Virus record (IMG/VR): IMGVR_UViG_3300047560_000356
Location: 1-34,194 of that record
Strand: one strand, 5' to 3'
Source of the DNA: a virus
Taxonomy: Duplodnaviria; Caudoviricetes
DNA length: 34,194 bases
The notes beneath the pieces were generated by a model. The model worked only from the letters and a program-made list of their open reading frames with translations. It did not search any database and was not told the origin of the DNA. Every line of letters starts with the position of its first letter. Position 1 is the first letter of the stretch. Positions 18,534-28,240 of this stretch are shown here, one piece after another. A program made the translations under genes and the position numbers.

Positions 18534-18949
18534 CAGAAGTTATTAAAAAAGTAAAAATAGATAGAAAGACTATCTCTGAGGTTAATGAATTAAACCAGGT
18601 TCTAGTTAGATATAGAATTATCTTTGATAATATCAAATACTCAGCGTATTCTATTTTGCATGCTATAAACAATATTCCTGTAAAGATTGATACGACTGCC
18701 ACTGCTTTGTTATCTGGTAGTCGAATTCAGATAAACTGGAGTAACATTAATAATTTTAGTACATATGACATCTATGTTAAATATGCAAATGAGTCATCAT
18801 ATGTTTATTTAGATAGAGTATCTTCATTAGCTTATAGCTTTGTGGTACCAAATGGCAAAACAGCATCAAAAGTTTGGGTACAGCTAGCATGCTCAAATAA
18901 GACTACACCTACAGCTAAAGTAAAGGTAGCAGAAATAACAGTAGCATGA
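18530..18949 (+). CDS. Virion-module protein with FN3-like C-terminal segment
   Basis: IQINWS...YDIYVKY...YSFVVP pattern; ATGA overlap with upstream gene. Confidence 0.5.
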   Translation: MTEVIKKVKIDRKTISEVNELNQVLVRYRIIFDNIKYSAYSILHAINNIPVKIDTTATALLSGSRIQINWSNINNFSTYDIYVKYANESSYVYLDRVSSLAYSFVVPNGKTASKVWVQLACSNKTTPTAKVKVAEITVA

Positions 18950-18951
18950 TC

Positions 18952-18960
18952 TGCTATAAT
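18952..18960 (+). promoter_or_regulatory. Extended -10 promoter (TGCTATAAT)
   Basis: Intergenic perfect TGnTATAAT, then SD AGGAG and ATG 18977. Confidence 0.65.
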
Positions 18961-18976
18961 TAATTAGGAGAAAAAC

Positions 18977-19420
18977 ATGGGAAGAATATCGCCACCAGAC
19001 AGAGGTCAACCACTTGATGTTGACTACATTAAGCAAATTGTAGATGTTTGTAATGACCTTGCTAAAAATATTGCAACAACATCAAATTCTATGATGTCAA
19101 TTGATACTGCTACAAGTGGAAAGCAAACAGTAAAGGTTTCAGAGTCAAGAATTGTTGGTGGATACAAAGAAGTATCTAGTGCAACAGTTGTTAATGGAGA
19201 AGCTCAGGTAGACTATTCATTTCAAACAAATTTTCAATATCCACCAATTGTAACTGCTACACCAATTTTAATTCAAGGTGCAGATGCTGGTGGTGCAGTT
19301 TCCGTAACTATTAAAACAATTGCTCAAGACAAGGTTACTCTAGGTGTTAGATTTTCTAGCTCTGCAACCAATTTGTCAGTGGGTCTAAATATAATTGCTG
19401 TCGGAATACCTTCGATATAA
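18977..19420 (+). CDS. Small tail fibre / receptor-binding-like protein
   Basis: C-terminal F...F..PPIVTAT...LNIIAVG pattern typical of H-type-lectin-like fibre tips. Confidence 0.55.
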   Translation: MGRISPPDRGQPLDVDYIKQIVDVCNDLAKNIATTSNSMMSIDTATSGKQTVKVSESRIVGGYKEVSSATVVNGEAQVDYSFQTNFQYPPIVTATPILIQGADAGGAVSVTIKTIAQDKVTLGVRFSSSATNLSVGLNIIAVGIPSI

Positions 19421-19971
19421 TGGATAAGCCCAAGAAAAGATATGGGGCATTAACTCGTGAAGAATATAATAATGCTCCAGTGATCCCTGGAAATAAAAAA
19501 GTTTGGTTTTTAAATGGAGATCTTGTTCGCATTCACCACCTAAATAAGTCAAATGGGATTATGTCTGTTTATAACATTACAAAGGACAGGATTGAGTCCT
19601 GCCTAATTCATGATTTTAAAAAGAACAGAGAAAGAGCATATACAGTTGGTGAGACTGCTAGTTTAGTTAATCGTCATAAAAAGTATATGCCTTCTTTGGT
19701 ACGGAGAGGCATTGTTCCTCCTGCTATGGGGTCACAGAAGGGTGGAGAGACTGGCTGGCAAGTCAGGTCATACTACTCTGAGTCGCAAGTTTTTGAACTT
19801 CGTGATATACTGGCTTCATATCATATTGGGCAACCAAGAAAAGATAAGCTTGTAACAAATAATATAACACCCACACGCCAAGAGTTGACAAGACGTATGG
19901 GGGATGGTATACTTACATATACAAGAACAGAAGACGGACGATTCATTCCAGTATGGTCTGAATCAATCTAG
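19420..19971 (+). CDS. MerR-like helix-turn-helix DNA-binding protein
   Basis: YTVGETASLVNRH...LVRRGIVPP...RSYYSESQVFELRDI matches the MerR/excisionase-type winged HTH. Confidence 0.7.
   Translation: MDKPKKRYGALTREEYNNAPVIPGNKKVWFLNGDLVRIHHLNKSNGIMSVYNITKDRIESCLIHDFKKNRERAYTVGETASLVNRHKKYMPSLVRRGIVPPAMGSQKGGETGWQVRSYYSESQVFELRDILASYHIGQPRKDKLVTNNITPTRQELTRRMGDGILTYTRTEDGRFIPVWSESI
19885..19913 (+). promoter_or_regulatory. Sigma70/SigA-type promoter TTGACA-N17-TATACT with extended TG
   Basis: TTGACA 19885-19890, 17-bp spacer, TATACT 19908-19913; lies upstream of the helicase/primase operon. Confidence 0.75.
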
Positions 19972-19985
19972 TAAGGAAAACGGGT

Positions 19986-20189
19986 ATGGAAAACGAAAAC
20001 ACTAAAGTTGGTGTAACTCTTGGTTACACTCTAAATCTAGGCAACTTTCAGTCACTAAGGATTGACCTTAATGTGATTGATAACAAGCGTGAGGGTGAGA
20101 CAATTAACGAAGCATTTGATCGTGTCTACTCATTTGTTGAAACTAAGTTGGCTGAAAAGGTCACAGAAGCTAAGTCTGAAGTAGAATAA
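19986..20189 (+). CDS. Hypothetical protein (TLNLGNFQSLRID motif)
   Basis: 67 aa, SD AAGGA, coupled to the next gene. Confidence 0.7.
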   Translation: MENENTKVGVTLGYTLNLGNFQSLRIDLNVIDNKREGETINEAFDRVYSFVETKLAEKVTEAKSEVE

Positions 20190-20497
20190 TGGCTGAACGC
20201 AAAGACCGCATGGCTTTGCTTAGTCGTTACTCTAAATTGCACACTCAGCGATTTGAGCAAAAGCCTTCATTAAATTTAAATGTAGAGCAATGGGCTGCTG
20301 ATGCCCTTATTGAATCATACACTCTGCCATCTTGCTATGACCTATTGGAATACTACTTTTCTGTAGCACAAAATCCCAATTGGAAATATTTTGCAAACTA
20401 TGCAGGTGATATAATTGATAAACAAAAACAACAAAATGTAGATGATAAAGAGAGAGAAGAGCGTAGAGCAATGGCAAGGAAGTGGCTAAGTGAGTAA
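20189..20497 (+). CDS. Hypothetical protein, possible helicase loader/replication initiator
   Basis: 102-aa helical ORF overlapping the dnaB start; function inferred from position only. Confidence 0.55.
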   Translation: MAERKDRMALLSRYSKLHTQRFEQKPSLNLNVEQWAADALIESYTLPSCYDLLEYYFSVAQNPNWKYFANYAGDIIDKQKQQNVDDKEREERRAMARKWLSE

Positions 20498-21710
20498 CAC
20501 AGAATCAAAATTGATCTCAGCCGTACTTGCTGATAAGCAGATGCATGTACTTCTTCAGGCTAATGTTGATAATATCCTAAAGACACACAAGGATATCTGG
20601 AACTTTATTAGACTATATTTTGAAAACAATGCGTCAGTTCCACCAGTATCTTTGGTTGTAGAAAAGTTCCGTGATTTTCAGCCAGAGGCAAGTGTTGGTG
20701 CTACAAAGCATCACCTAGAAGAACTACAGGCTGAGTACATGACTGATAGCCTTAAGGATATCATTCGTACTGCTGCTGCAGACATTCAGGCTGATAAGGG
20801 AGTAGATGCACTTGAAGCACTAATCTCTAAGACATCAGAACTACGTAAAAATACTGCTGCAATTCGTGATATTGATGCAACAGACCTTGAGTCAGCAGTT
20901 GCATATTATGAGAATGTAAAAAAACAAGCAGAGCTGGGTCTATCAGGAATCAAGACTGGATTACCAGGATTTGATAACTACTTACCTGCTGGAATTATGC
21001 CAGGACAGCTAGGTGTTATGCTTGCATATCCAGGTATTGGTAAGTCATGGCTATCGCTATATTTTGCGGTACAGGCATGGAGGCAAGGCAAATCACCTAT
21101 GATCGTATCACTTGAAATGAGTGAGACAGAAGTTCGTAACCGTGTATTTGCTATTATGGGAGATGGCCTTTGGTCACACCGCAAGCTTTCATCTGGTCAA
21201 ATTGAAATTGAAGACCTTAAGATGTGGCACAAGAAGGCCCTTCAAGGTAAGCCAGAGTTTCACATTATTTCTAACGATTCTGGTGGAGAAGTAACGCCAT
21301 CTGTATTACGTGGAAAGATTGATCAATATAAGCCAGACTTTGTAGTCGTTGACTATCTTCAGCTTATGAGCCCAAATCAAAAGTCAGACAATGAAACTGT
21401 ACGTATGAAGAACTTGTCTCGTGAACTAAAGCTCATGGCTATTAGTGAAGAAGTACCAATTATTGCAATTTCGTCTGCTACTCCTGATGATGTTACAAAG
21501 CTTGATACTGTACCTACTCTTGGACAGACTGCCTGGTCACGTCAGATTGCATACGATGCTGACTGGGTACTTGCTCTGGGTCGTGGAACTAACTCTGATA
21601 TCATTGAGTGTGTATTCCGTAAGAACCGTAATGGATTTATGGGTGAATTCCTTGTTCAGGCAGATTTTGACAAGGGATACTACAAGTACAAGGACTTTGA
21701 GGATAATTAA
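20490..21710 (+). CDS. dnaB: DnaB-like replicative helicase
   Basis: Walker A AYPGIGKS, SLEMS, VVVDYLQLM, SRELKLMA, YDAD, KNRNG. Confidence 0.95.
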   Translation: MSNTESKLISAVLADKQMHVLLQANVDNILKTHKDIWNFIRLYFENNASVPPVSLVVEKFRDFQPEASVGATKHHLEELQAEYMTDSLKDIIRTAAADIQADKGVDALEALISKTSELRKNTAAIRDIDATDLESAVAYYENVKKQAELGLSGIKTGLPGFDNYLPAGIMPGQLGVMLAYPGIGKSWLSLYFAVQAWRQGKSPMIVSLEMSETEVRNRVFAIMGDGLWSHRKLSSGQIEIEDLKMWHKKALQGKPEFHIISNDSGGEVTPSVLRGKIDQYKPDFVVVDYLQLMSPNQKSDNETVRMKNLSRELKLMAISEEVPIIAISSATPDDVTKLDTVPTLGQTAWSRQIAYDADWVLALGRGTNSDIIECVFRKNRNGFMGEFLVQADFDKGYYKYKDFEDN

Positions 21711-22621
21711 TGTATACCACTGATCAAATCAAAAAGGTACTAGTAGGTTCTGGTATTGACATTGAAAAGGAAGTAGATACTGATTATATTATCTTCTGCC
21801 CATTCCATGCCAATAATAGAACTCCAGCTGGTGAAGTAGATAAGAACTCTGGAAAGTTCTTTTGTTTCTCATGCCACCATGTAGCTGATTTGGTAGAAGT
21901 TGTGATGCATACAACTGGTAGAACATATTTTGAAGCAGCACGTTTCATTAAGGCTAGAGAAGGACTTTCGTCAATTACTAATGATATTGAAAAGAAGTTG
22001 ATTACAGTTCCAGACTATACACAGTATGATCAGGTATTGATTAAGAGATTAAATCTTCAGGCATTAGAGTCGCCAAGAGCAATGCGTTACTTTAATGGCA
22101 GAGCAATAACTGAAGCAAGCGTAAAACTATTTCAGCTTGGTTTTTCTGAGAAGCAGGATATGGTAACTGTTCCTGTATCAGCACCAGATGGAATGGAAGT
22201 AGGATTCGTTGGAAGATCCATTGAGGGTAAGGATTTTAAAAATACCCCAGGACTTCCAAAATCAAAGATTTTGTTTAACCTACATAGAGTAAAAACATCT
22301 AGTAAGGTATACGTTGTTGAGTCATCTTTTGATGCTATTAGGCTGCACCAATGTGGTTTGCCAGCTGTAGCAACCCTAGGGGCTAACGTATCGACTAAAC
22401 AAATAGAACTTCTTCGCAAATACTTTAACTCTGTATTTGTAGTTGCAGACAATGACGAGGCAGGCGGTAACATGAAAGATAAGATTGTTGAAAATCTTAA
22501 GTCCATGGTTACTGTAATCAAGTTAGACAGCAAGTACAAGGACATTGGAGATATGAGCGATGAAGACATAAAAAAGCTAGATATGTCATTTGACAAATCA
22601 ATAATGGCTATGCTAAACTAA
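21710..22621 (+). CDS. dnaG: DNA primase (CHC2 Zn finger + TOPRIM)
   Basis: CPFH...CFSC, GFVGR, VVESSFD, ATLG, DNDEAG, KDIGD. Confidence 0.93.
   Translation: MYTTDQIKKVLVGSGIDIEKEVDTDYIIFCPFHANNRTPAGEVDKNSGKFFCFSCHHVADLVEVVMHTTGRTYFEAARFIKAREGLSSITNDIEKKLITVPDYTQYDQVLIKRLNLQALESPRAMRYFNGRAITEASVKLFQLGFSEKQDMVTVPVSAPDGMEVGFVGRSIEGKDFKNTPGLPKSKILFNLHRVKTSSKVYVVESSFDAIRLHQCGLPAVATLGANVSTKQIELLRKYFNSVFVVADNDEAGGNMKDKIVENLKSMVTVIKLDSKYKDIGDMSDEDIKKLDMSFDKSIMAMLN
22590..22619 (+). promoter_or_regulatory. Promoter TTGACA-N18-TAAACT with extended TG
   Basis: In the 3' end of the primase gene, upstream of SD AAGGAG and ATG 22650. Confidence 0.6.
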
Positions 22622-22649
22622 TACAACAACAAACAATAAGGAGAACACC

Positions 22650-23303
22650 ATGGGTGTAATTAAAGGGCTAAAGGATATCAATGCAATCCTTGATAAGCCA
22701 AAGTATGAAAACACTGGAGCAAAAGTTCGCTGGGTAAAGCTAGCTGATGGTCAAGCTGCAAAGATCCGCTTCGTTGAAGAGCTGGACTCTGATTCTGCAC
22801 ACTACGATGAAAAGCGTGGTATGTCTGTGGTAATTGCACAGCACACTAATCCAAAGGATTACAAGCGTATGGCTGCTTGTACTATGGAGACAGAAGGTCG
22901 CTGCTTTGCTTGTGAGATGGCCCGTAAGGAGCCAAAGGCTGGTTGGCGTTCAAAGCTTCGCTTCTACTGCAATGTTCTTGTTGATGATGGACTAGAGGCA
23001 CCATATATTGCTGTTTGGTCACAGGGTGTTACCAAGCAGTCTGCATTTAACACTATTCGTGAATATGCACTTGAGACTGGTTCTATTTCAAACCTAGAGT
23101 GGAAGCTAAAGCGTAATGGTCAGGGAACTGAGACCAACTACACACTTCTTCCTACTAAGCCAGACTCAGAGCCATTTGTATGGGGAGACTATGAGTTCCA
23201 CAACCTTGAGAAGGTTGTTCGTGAAGTACCTTATCCAGAGCAGGAAGCATTCTACTTTGGTTTCGATACTCCATCTGTAACATCAACCAACATTGATTGG
23301 TAA
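22650..23303 (+). CDS. Single-stranded DNA-binding protein (gp32-like)
   Basis: WVKLADGQAAKIRF, H...C...C..C Zn ligands, KLKRNGQGTETNY, acidic/aromatic C-tail; between primase and polymerase. Confidence 0.75.
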   Translation: MGVIKGLKDINAILDKPKYENTGAKVRWVKLADGQAAKIRFVEELDSDSAHYDEKRGMSVVIAQHTNPKDYKRMAACTMETEGRCFACEMARKEPKAGWRSKLRFYCNVLVDDGLEAPYIAVWSQGVTKQSAFNTIREYALETGSISNLEWKLKRNGQGTETNYTLLPTKPDSEPFVWGDYEFHNLEKVVREVPYPEQEAFYFGFDTPSVTSTNIDW

Positions 23304-23315
23304 TTAAGTTTGATT

Positions 23316-23350
23316 TGGGGGTAACTTCGGTTGCCCCCATTTCATCTTTT
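23316..23350 (+). terminator. Rho-independent terminator with cUUCGg tetraloop
   Basis: TGGGGGTAAC-TTCG-GTTGCCCCCA followed by TTTCATCTTTT. Confidence 0.88.
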
Positions 23351-23354
23351 TAGC

Positions 23355-23383
23355 TTGACAAATAATAATAAAAATGCAATAAT
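23355..23383 (+). promoter_or_regulatory. Promoter TTGACA-N17-AATAAT with extended TG, upstream of dnaE
   Basis: Intergenic, immediately after the terminator; SD AAGGA before ATG 23415. Confidence 0.6.
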
Positions 23384-23414
23384 TATATACACAACAATTT
23401 AGATAAAGGAAATT

Positions 23415-26400
23415 ATGAGTTACGCTGGCTTGCATGTCCACACACACTACTCGCTATTTGACGGAATTGCAACACCACAGGAATATGTGGATCGTGCCGT
23501 AGAGCTGGGAATGCCAGCAATTGCAATCACTGACCATGGAAGTCTATCTGGACACCGTGAAATGTATCGTGCTGCTAAAGAAGCAGGAATTAAACCAATT
23601 TTGGGTATCGAAGGGTATATTACAAAAGACCGCTTTGACCACACAGACAAGAAGGAAAACAACGACCCTCTTGATCTAAACTATAACCACCTTATTATTA
23701 TTGCAAAGAATGCTAAGGGTCTACAGAATCTAAACAAACTTAATGAGATTGCTTGGACCGAAGGATTTTATAAGAAGCCACGTATTGACTGGGACATCCT
23801 AGAGCAGTACAAGGATGGGCTCATCATTACATCTGGATGTCTGTCTGGTGTTTTGGCTAAGGCAATTGAGGCTAATGAGTTTGCATATGCCAAGGAGCAC
23901 ATTCAGAAGTGTAAGGCTATCTTTGGAGATGATTACTACATTGAAGTTATGCCACACAACCCACCAGAGATTAATAAGGCTCTGCTAGACCTAGCAGATG
24001 AATTTGGCATTAAACCTGTTGTAACACCAGACTGCCATCACTCTGATCCATCACAGAAGGAAATTCAAGAGCTAAAGCTAATTCTTAATTCATACTCAAA
24101 CAAGGTTGAAAAGGGTGCTACATACGAAGGATCAAAGAAGTATGACAATCTTATGGACCGTCTAGATTATCTATATGGTGCAGACCGTCAGATGTCATTT
24201 AATAAGTTTGAGATTCATCTACTATCTGATGAGGAAATGCATAACGCCATGAAGGCACAGGGTATTGACCGTGAAGATATGTATGAAGCTACTCGTGAGA
24301 TTGTTGATAAGGTAGAAGATTATAAGATTAAGGATCATCAGGACCTTCTTCCTGTACAGTACCAGAATCCAAATCAGGAACTGCGTGACCTTGCACTTGA
24401 AGGTCTAAAGCAGCGTGGTATTGAAACTGAAGAATATATGAAGCGTCTTGATGAAGAGCTAGAGGTTATTGAGGCAAAAAACTTTGGACCATACTTTCTA
24501 GTTGTTCGCTCTATGATTTCATGGGCTAAGAAAGAGGGAATTATGGTTGGCCCAGGCCGTGGTTCTGCTGCAGGTTCACTTCTATGCTATGCCCTTGGTA
24601 TCACTGATATTGATCCAATTGAGCATGGACTCCTATTTTTCCGATTCATTAACCCAGAGCGTAATGACTTCCCAGATATTGATACTGACATCCAGGACTC
24701 ACGCCGTGAAGAAGTAAAGGATTACCTAGTACGTCAGTATAAGCATGTTGCATCTATTGCTACCTTCCTACAGTTCCGTGGCAAAGGTATGGTTCGTGAT
24801 ATTGCACGTACCCTAAACGTACCACTAGCAGATGTTAACAAGGTTCTAAAGGTTGTTGATGACTGGGATGACTACTGCTCTTCAAAGCAGTCAGCATGGT
24901 TCCGTGAGAAGTATCCTGAGATTGAAACTTATGGAGACCTTCTGCGTGGCCGTATTCGTGGTACTGGTATCCACGCTGCAGGTGTTGTAACATCAAAGCA
25001 GCCTATCTTTAAGTTTGCACCATTAGAGACTCGTACGTCTCCAGGTAACAAGGAGCGTATCCCTGTTGTAGCGGTAGACATGGAAGAAGCAGAACGTATT
25101 GGTCTAATTAAGATCGATGCACTTGGTCTAAAGACTCTGTCTGTACTTAAAGATACTCTTAATATTATCGAGGAACGTCATGATAAGAAGATTGACCTAC
25201 TATCTGTAGATATGGATGATGCCAATGTCTATCGCATGCTTTCTGATGGGTATACTAAGGGTGTCTTTCAATGTGAAGCTACTCCATACACCAACTTGCT
25301 TGTTAAGATGGGTGTAAAGAACCTAGCAGAACTTGCTGCTTCTAATGCCCTAGTTCGCCCAGGTGCTGCCAATACAATTGGTAAGGACTACATTGCTCGT
25401 AAGCAAGGTCGTCAAAACATTGATTATAAGCACCAAGTTATGAAGTCATTTACCGCAGAAACCTATGGATGTATTCTATATCAGGAACAGGTTATGCAGG
25501 CTTGTACAGAACTTGGCGGTATGACAATGGCTGAGGCTGACAAGGTTCGTAAGATCATTGGTAAGAAGAAGGATGCAAAGGAGTTTGACCAGTTTAAGGA
25601 CAAGTTCGTTAAGGGTGCATCACGATTCCTATCGCCAAACGTTGCTGAAGACCTATGGACAGACTTTGAGGCACATGCTGGATACTCATTTAATAAGTCT
25701 CACGCTGTAGCCTACTCAACGCTTTCATACTGGACAGCATGGCTAAAGTATCACTATCCTCTAGAGTTTATGTATTCAATTCTCAAGAATGAGAAGGACA
25801 AGGATGCACGTACAGAGTATCTAATCGAAACAAAGCGTATGGGAATCTCTATCAAGCTTCCACACGTAAATGATTCAGATGCTGACTTTAAGATTGAGGG
25901 TAAGGGTATTCGATTTGGTCTAACTGGTATTAAGTATATCTCTGATAATATTGCATCAAAGTATATGGCTGCTCGTCCATTCAATAGTTACAAGGAACTT
26001 GAAGAGTTCACCTTTGGAAAGGGTAATGGAGTTAATAGTCGTGCACTACAAGCAATGAGAGTTATTGGTGCTGCTACTTTCCAAGATCAACCACGCAATG
26101 ACCAGGAAATTCGTGAAAACCTATATGAATATCTAAATCTTCCAGAGTTCAACATTACAGTGCCACAGCACTATCATGCATTCATTAGTGATGTTGAAGA
26201 GTTTGAAGAGAAGGGTTCATTTATTCTAATGGGCATGGTTAAGGAAATTAAACGTGGTAAGGGATGGTCTCGTGTGGAGATTCTAGACAAGACTGGTAGC
26301 GTTGGAATCTTTGATGAAGAGCAGACCACAATTGAGACTGGTAAGACATATCTTATTCTTGCAAGTGATAACCGTATTACTGAGGCAATTCAAATTGACG

Positions 26401-26690
26401 ATATTGGCAAGGTAGAGTCAGCACTAGTTAAATATTTGAACTATAAGCAATTACCTTATAAGGATGAAGAAATGTTTGTAGTATCTTTCAAGCCACGCAT
26501 TACAAAGGCTGGCAAGAAAATGGCTACATTGACAGTAGCAGATGCATCTAGAGAGTTGCACCCAATTACGGTGTTCCCTACAGCATTTGCAAAAGCATAT
26601 ATGAAGATTCAAGAAGGGTCTGCATATAAATTTGATTTGGGTAAAACCAAGGATGGAACAGTAATTATGGAGGATGTACATGCAATTTGA
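23415..26690 (+). CDS. dnaE: DNA polymerase III alpha subunit (family C)
   Basis: PHP domain (LHVHTHYS, ITDHG), GPGRGSAAGS, FPDIDTD, HAAG, YQEQVM, YSFNKSHA; no intein. Confidence 0.97.
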   Translation: MSYAGLHVHTHYSLFDGIATPQEYVDRAVELGMPAIAITDHGSLSGHREMYRAAKEAGIKPILGIEGYITKDRFDHTDKKENNDPLDLNYNHLIIIAKNAKGLQNLNKLNEIAWTEGFYKKPRIDWDILEQYKDGLIITSGCLSGVLAKAIEANEFAYAKEHIQKCKAIFGDDYYIEVMPHNPPEINKALLDLADEFGIKPVVTPDCHHSDPSQKEIQELKLILNSYSNKVEKGATYEGSKKYDNLMDRLDYLYGADRQMSFNKFEIHLLSDEEMHNAMKAQGIDREDMYEATREIVDKVEDYKIKDHQDLLPVQYQNPNQELRDLALEGLKQRGIETEEYMKRLDEELEVIEAKNFGPYFLVVRSMISWAKKEGIMVGPGRGSAAGSLLCYALGITDIDPIEHGLLFFRFINPERNDFPDIDTDIQDSRREEVKDYLVRQYKHVASIATFLQFRGKGMVRDIARTLNVPLADVNKVLKVVDDWDDYCSSKQSAWFREKYPEIETYGDLLRGRIRGTGIHAAGVVTSKQPIFKFAPLETRTSPGNKERIPVVAVDMEEAERIGLIKIDALGLKTLSVLKDTLNIIEERHDKKIDLLSVDMDDANVYRMLSDGYTKGVFQCEATPYTNLLVKMGVKNLAELAASNALVRPGAANTIGKDYIARKQGRQNIDYKHQVMKSFTAETYGCILYQEQVMQACTELGGMTMAEADKVRKIIGKKKDAKEFDQFKDKFVKGASRFLSPNVAEDLWTDFEAHAGYSFNKSHAVAYSTLSYWTAWLKYHYPLEFMYSILKNEKDKDARTEYLIETKRMGISIKLPHVNDSDADFKIEGKGIRFGLTGIKYISDNIASKYMAARPFNSYKELEEFTFGKGNGVNSRALQAMRVIGAATFQDQPRNDQEIRENLYEYLNLPEFNITVPQHYHAFISDVEEFEEKGSFILMGMVKEIKRGKGWSRVEILDKTGSVGIFDEEQTTIETGKTYLILASDNRITEAIQIDDIGKVESALVKYLNYKQLPYKDEEMFVVSFKPRITKAGKKMATLTVADASRELHPITVFPTAFAKAYMKIQEGSAYKFDLGKTKDGTVIMEDVHAI

Positions 26691-27000
26691 TGATTGGGCA
26701 GAAGAGTTACACAAGACTGCAGTAGAAAAAGGCTTTTGGCCAGAAGACGTAGATGATATCTTTATCACAAAACAGCTAATGATGATTGTGTCAGAAGCTG
26801 TAGAGGTAATGGAAGCTATTCGTAAGGATAAGGGAGAAGATCAGGTTGCAGATGAAATGGCAGATATTCTTATCCGTACTCTAGATCTGTATGCAGGACT
26901 TGTAGAAAACGGGTATACTAGAACTTCCCTAGATTATGCTATGGAAAAGAAAACTAATTTTAATAAGACTAGACCAGAAAGACACGGAGTGAGATTCTAA
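26680..27000 (+). CDS. MazG-like nucleotide pyrophosphohydrolase
   Basis: SEAVEVMEAIRK...DEMADILIR motif; SD GGAGG 26669-26673 favours ATG 26680. Confidence 0.85.
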   Translation: MQFDDWAEELHKTAVEKGFWPEDVDDIFITKQLMMIVSEAVEVMEAIRKDKGEDQVADEMADILIRTLDLYAGLVENGYTRTSLDYAMEKKTNFNKTRPERHGVRF

Positions 27001-27227
27001 TGATTAAAGTATATACAAATGAAAACTGCGTACAGTGTGACCAGACAAAGAAGTTCTTGGATAGCGAAGGAATTGCATATGAGGTTAAGCCATTTGCAGA
27101 AAATCCAGATGATCTAAAGCGTTTTGTTGATCTTGGATTCAGAGCAGCACCAATCGTAGAAACAGAAAATGACGTTTGGTCTGGCTTCAAGATTGATAAG
27201 CTAAAGTCTTTGAAAGCAGTAAACTAA
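27000..27227 (+). CDS. nrdH: NrdH-like glutaredoxin
   Basis: VYT...CVQC, G...APIV, WSGF are hallmarks of NrdH. Confidence 0.9.
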   Translation: MIKVYTNENCVQCDQTKKFLDSEGIAYEVKPFAENPDDLKRFVDLGFRAAPIVETENDVWSGFKIDKLKSLKAVN

Positions 27228-28240
27228 TGACAGTTACAGTAGAAGACGTATTAGCACAACTAAATCCAAAACTAAGAAAAGGAATTATGATTGGTGACTC
27301 TGTTCCAGAGACAGAGTATCAGCCAACTCCTAGCTTTGGTCTAAATAGAGCACTCAATGGTGGATTACCATATGGTCGTCAGGTACTTATCTGGGGATCA
27401 AAGTCATCTGCTAAATCATCTGTATGCCTTCAGACAATTGCCTTAGCACAAAAAGAGGGAAAAGTCTGTGCATGGATTGATGCTGAAATGTCATATGATA
27501 AGTCATGGGCAGAAAAGCTTGGGGTAGATACTTCAAAGCTTATTGTGTCTCAAGCACGTACAATCAACGACATGGTAGATGTAGGAACACAGCTTATGAA
27601 TGCTGGGGTAGATTTGATTGTTGTTGACTCAATCACATCATTGCTTCCTGCAATCTATTTTGAAAAGGATTCAGATGAACTTAAGCAACTAGAGAATACG
27701 AAGCAAATTGGTGCAGAAGCACGTGACTTTAGCAATGCCGTTAAGATGCTTAATTATGCTAATAATAAGGTAAAGCCTACACTGCTTATTTTTATCAGCC
27801 AGTCTCGCAATAATATTAGTGCTATGTATACTAGCCAGCAGCCTACAGGTGGAACATCTGTTAAGTTCTACTCGTCTACCATCATTAAGCTATTCTCATC
27901 TGAATCAGATAACCAAGCTATTAAGGGTAAGATTCAGGTTGGAGATAAGCTTCTTGAAGAGAAAATTGGACGTAAGGTACGTTGGGACTTGCAGTTCTCT
28001 AAGACATCTCCAGCATTCCAAGGTGGGGAATATGACTTCTATTTCCGTGGCCCAGAGGTTGGAGTAGATAGCATTGGTGACCTAGTAGATACCGCTGAAT
28101 CAATTGGCATTATCAATAGAACTGGTGCATGGTATCAGTTAGAAGACGGTACAAAGATTCAGGGTAGAGAAGCATTTATAGCAAGAGTTAAAGAAGATCT
28201 AGACCTACAAGATTCAATTAGGGCAAAGCTAAATGGCTAA
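27227..28240 (+). CDS. recA: RecA/UvsX-like recombinase
   Basis: GGLPYGR, variant Walker A GSKSSAKS, WIDAE, IVVDS, FISQ.R, TGG..VKFY, GAWY, KIQGRE. Confidence 0.93.
   Translation: MTVTVEDVLAQLNPKLRKGIMIGDSVPETEYQPTPSFGLNRALNGGLPYGRQVLIWGSKSSAKSSVCLQTIALAQKEGKVCAWIDAEMSYDKSWAEKLGVDTSKLIVSQARTINDMVDVGTQLMNAGVDLIVVDSITSLLPAIYFEKDSDELKQLENTKQIGAEARDFSNAVKMLNYANNKVKPTLLIFISQSRNNISAMYTSQQPTGGTSVKFYSSTIIKLFSSESDNQAIKGKIQVGDKLLEEKIGRKVRWDLQFSKTSPAFQGGEYDFYFRGPEVGVDSIGDLVDTAESIGIINRTGAWYQLEDGTKIQGREAFIARVKEDLDLQDSIRAKLNG

Noticed and set aside
20407-20415. Intragenic TGATATAAT copies (also 33440-33448)
   Set aside because: They encode a common Gly-Asp-Ile-Ile peptide in AT-rich DNA and lack a -35, so chance is likely.
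20490-28240. Inteins or introns in dnaB, dnaE or recA
   Set aside because: Normal lengths, contiguous motifs, and no splice-junction or homing-endonuclease signatures.
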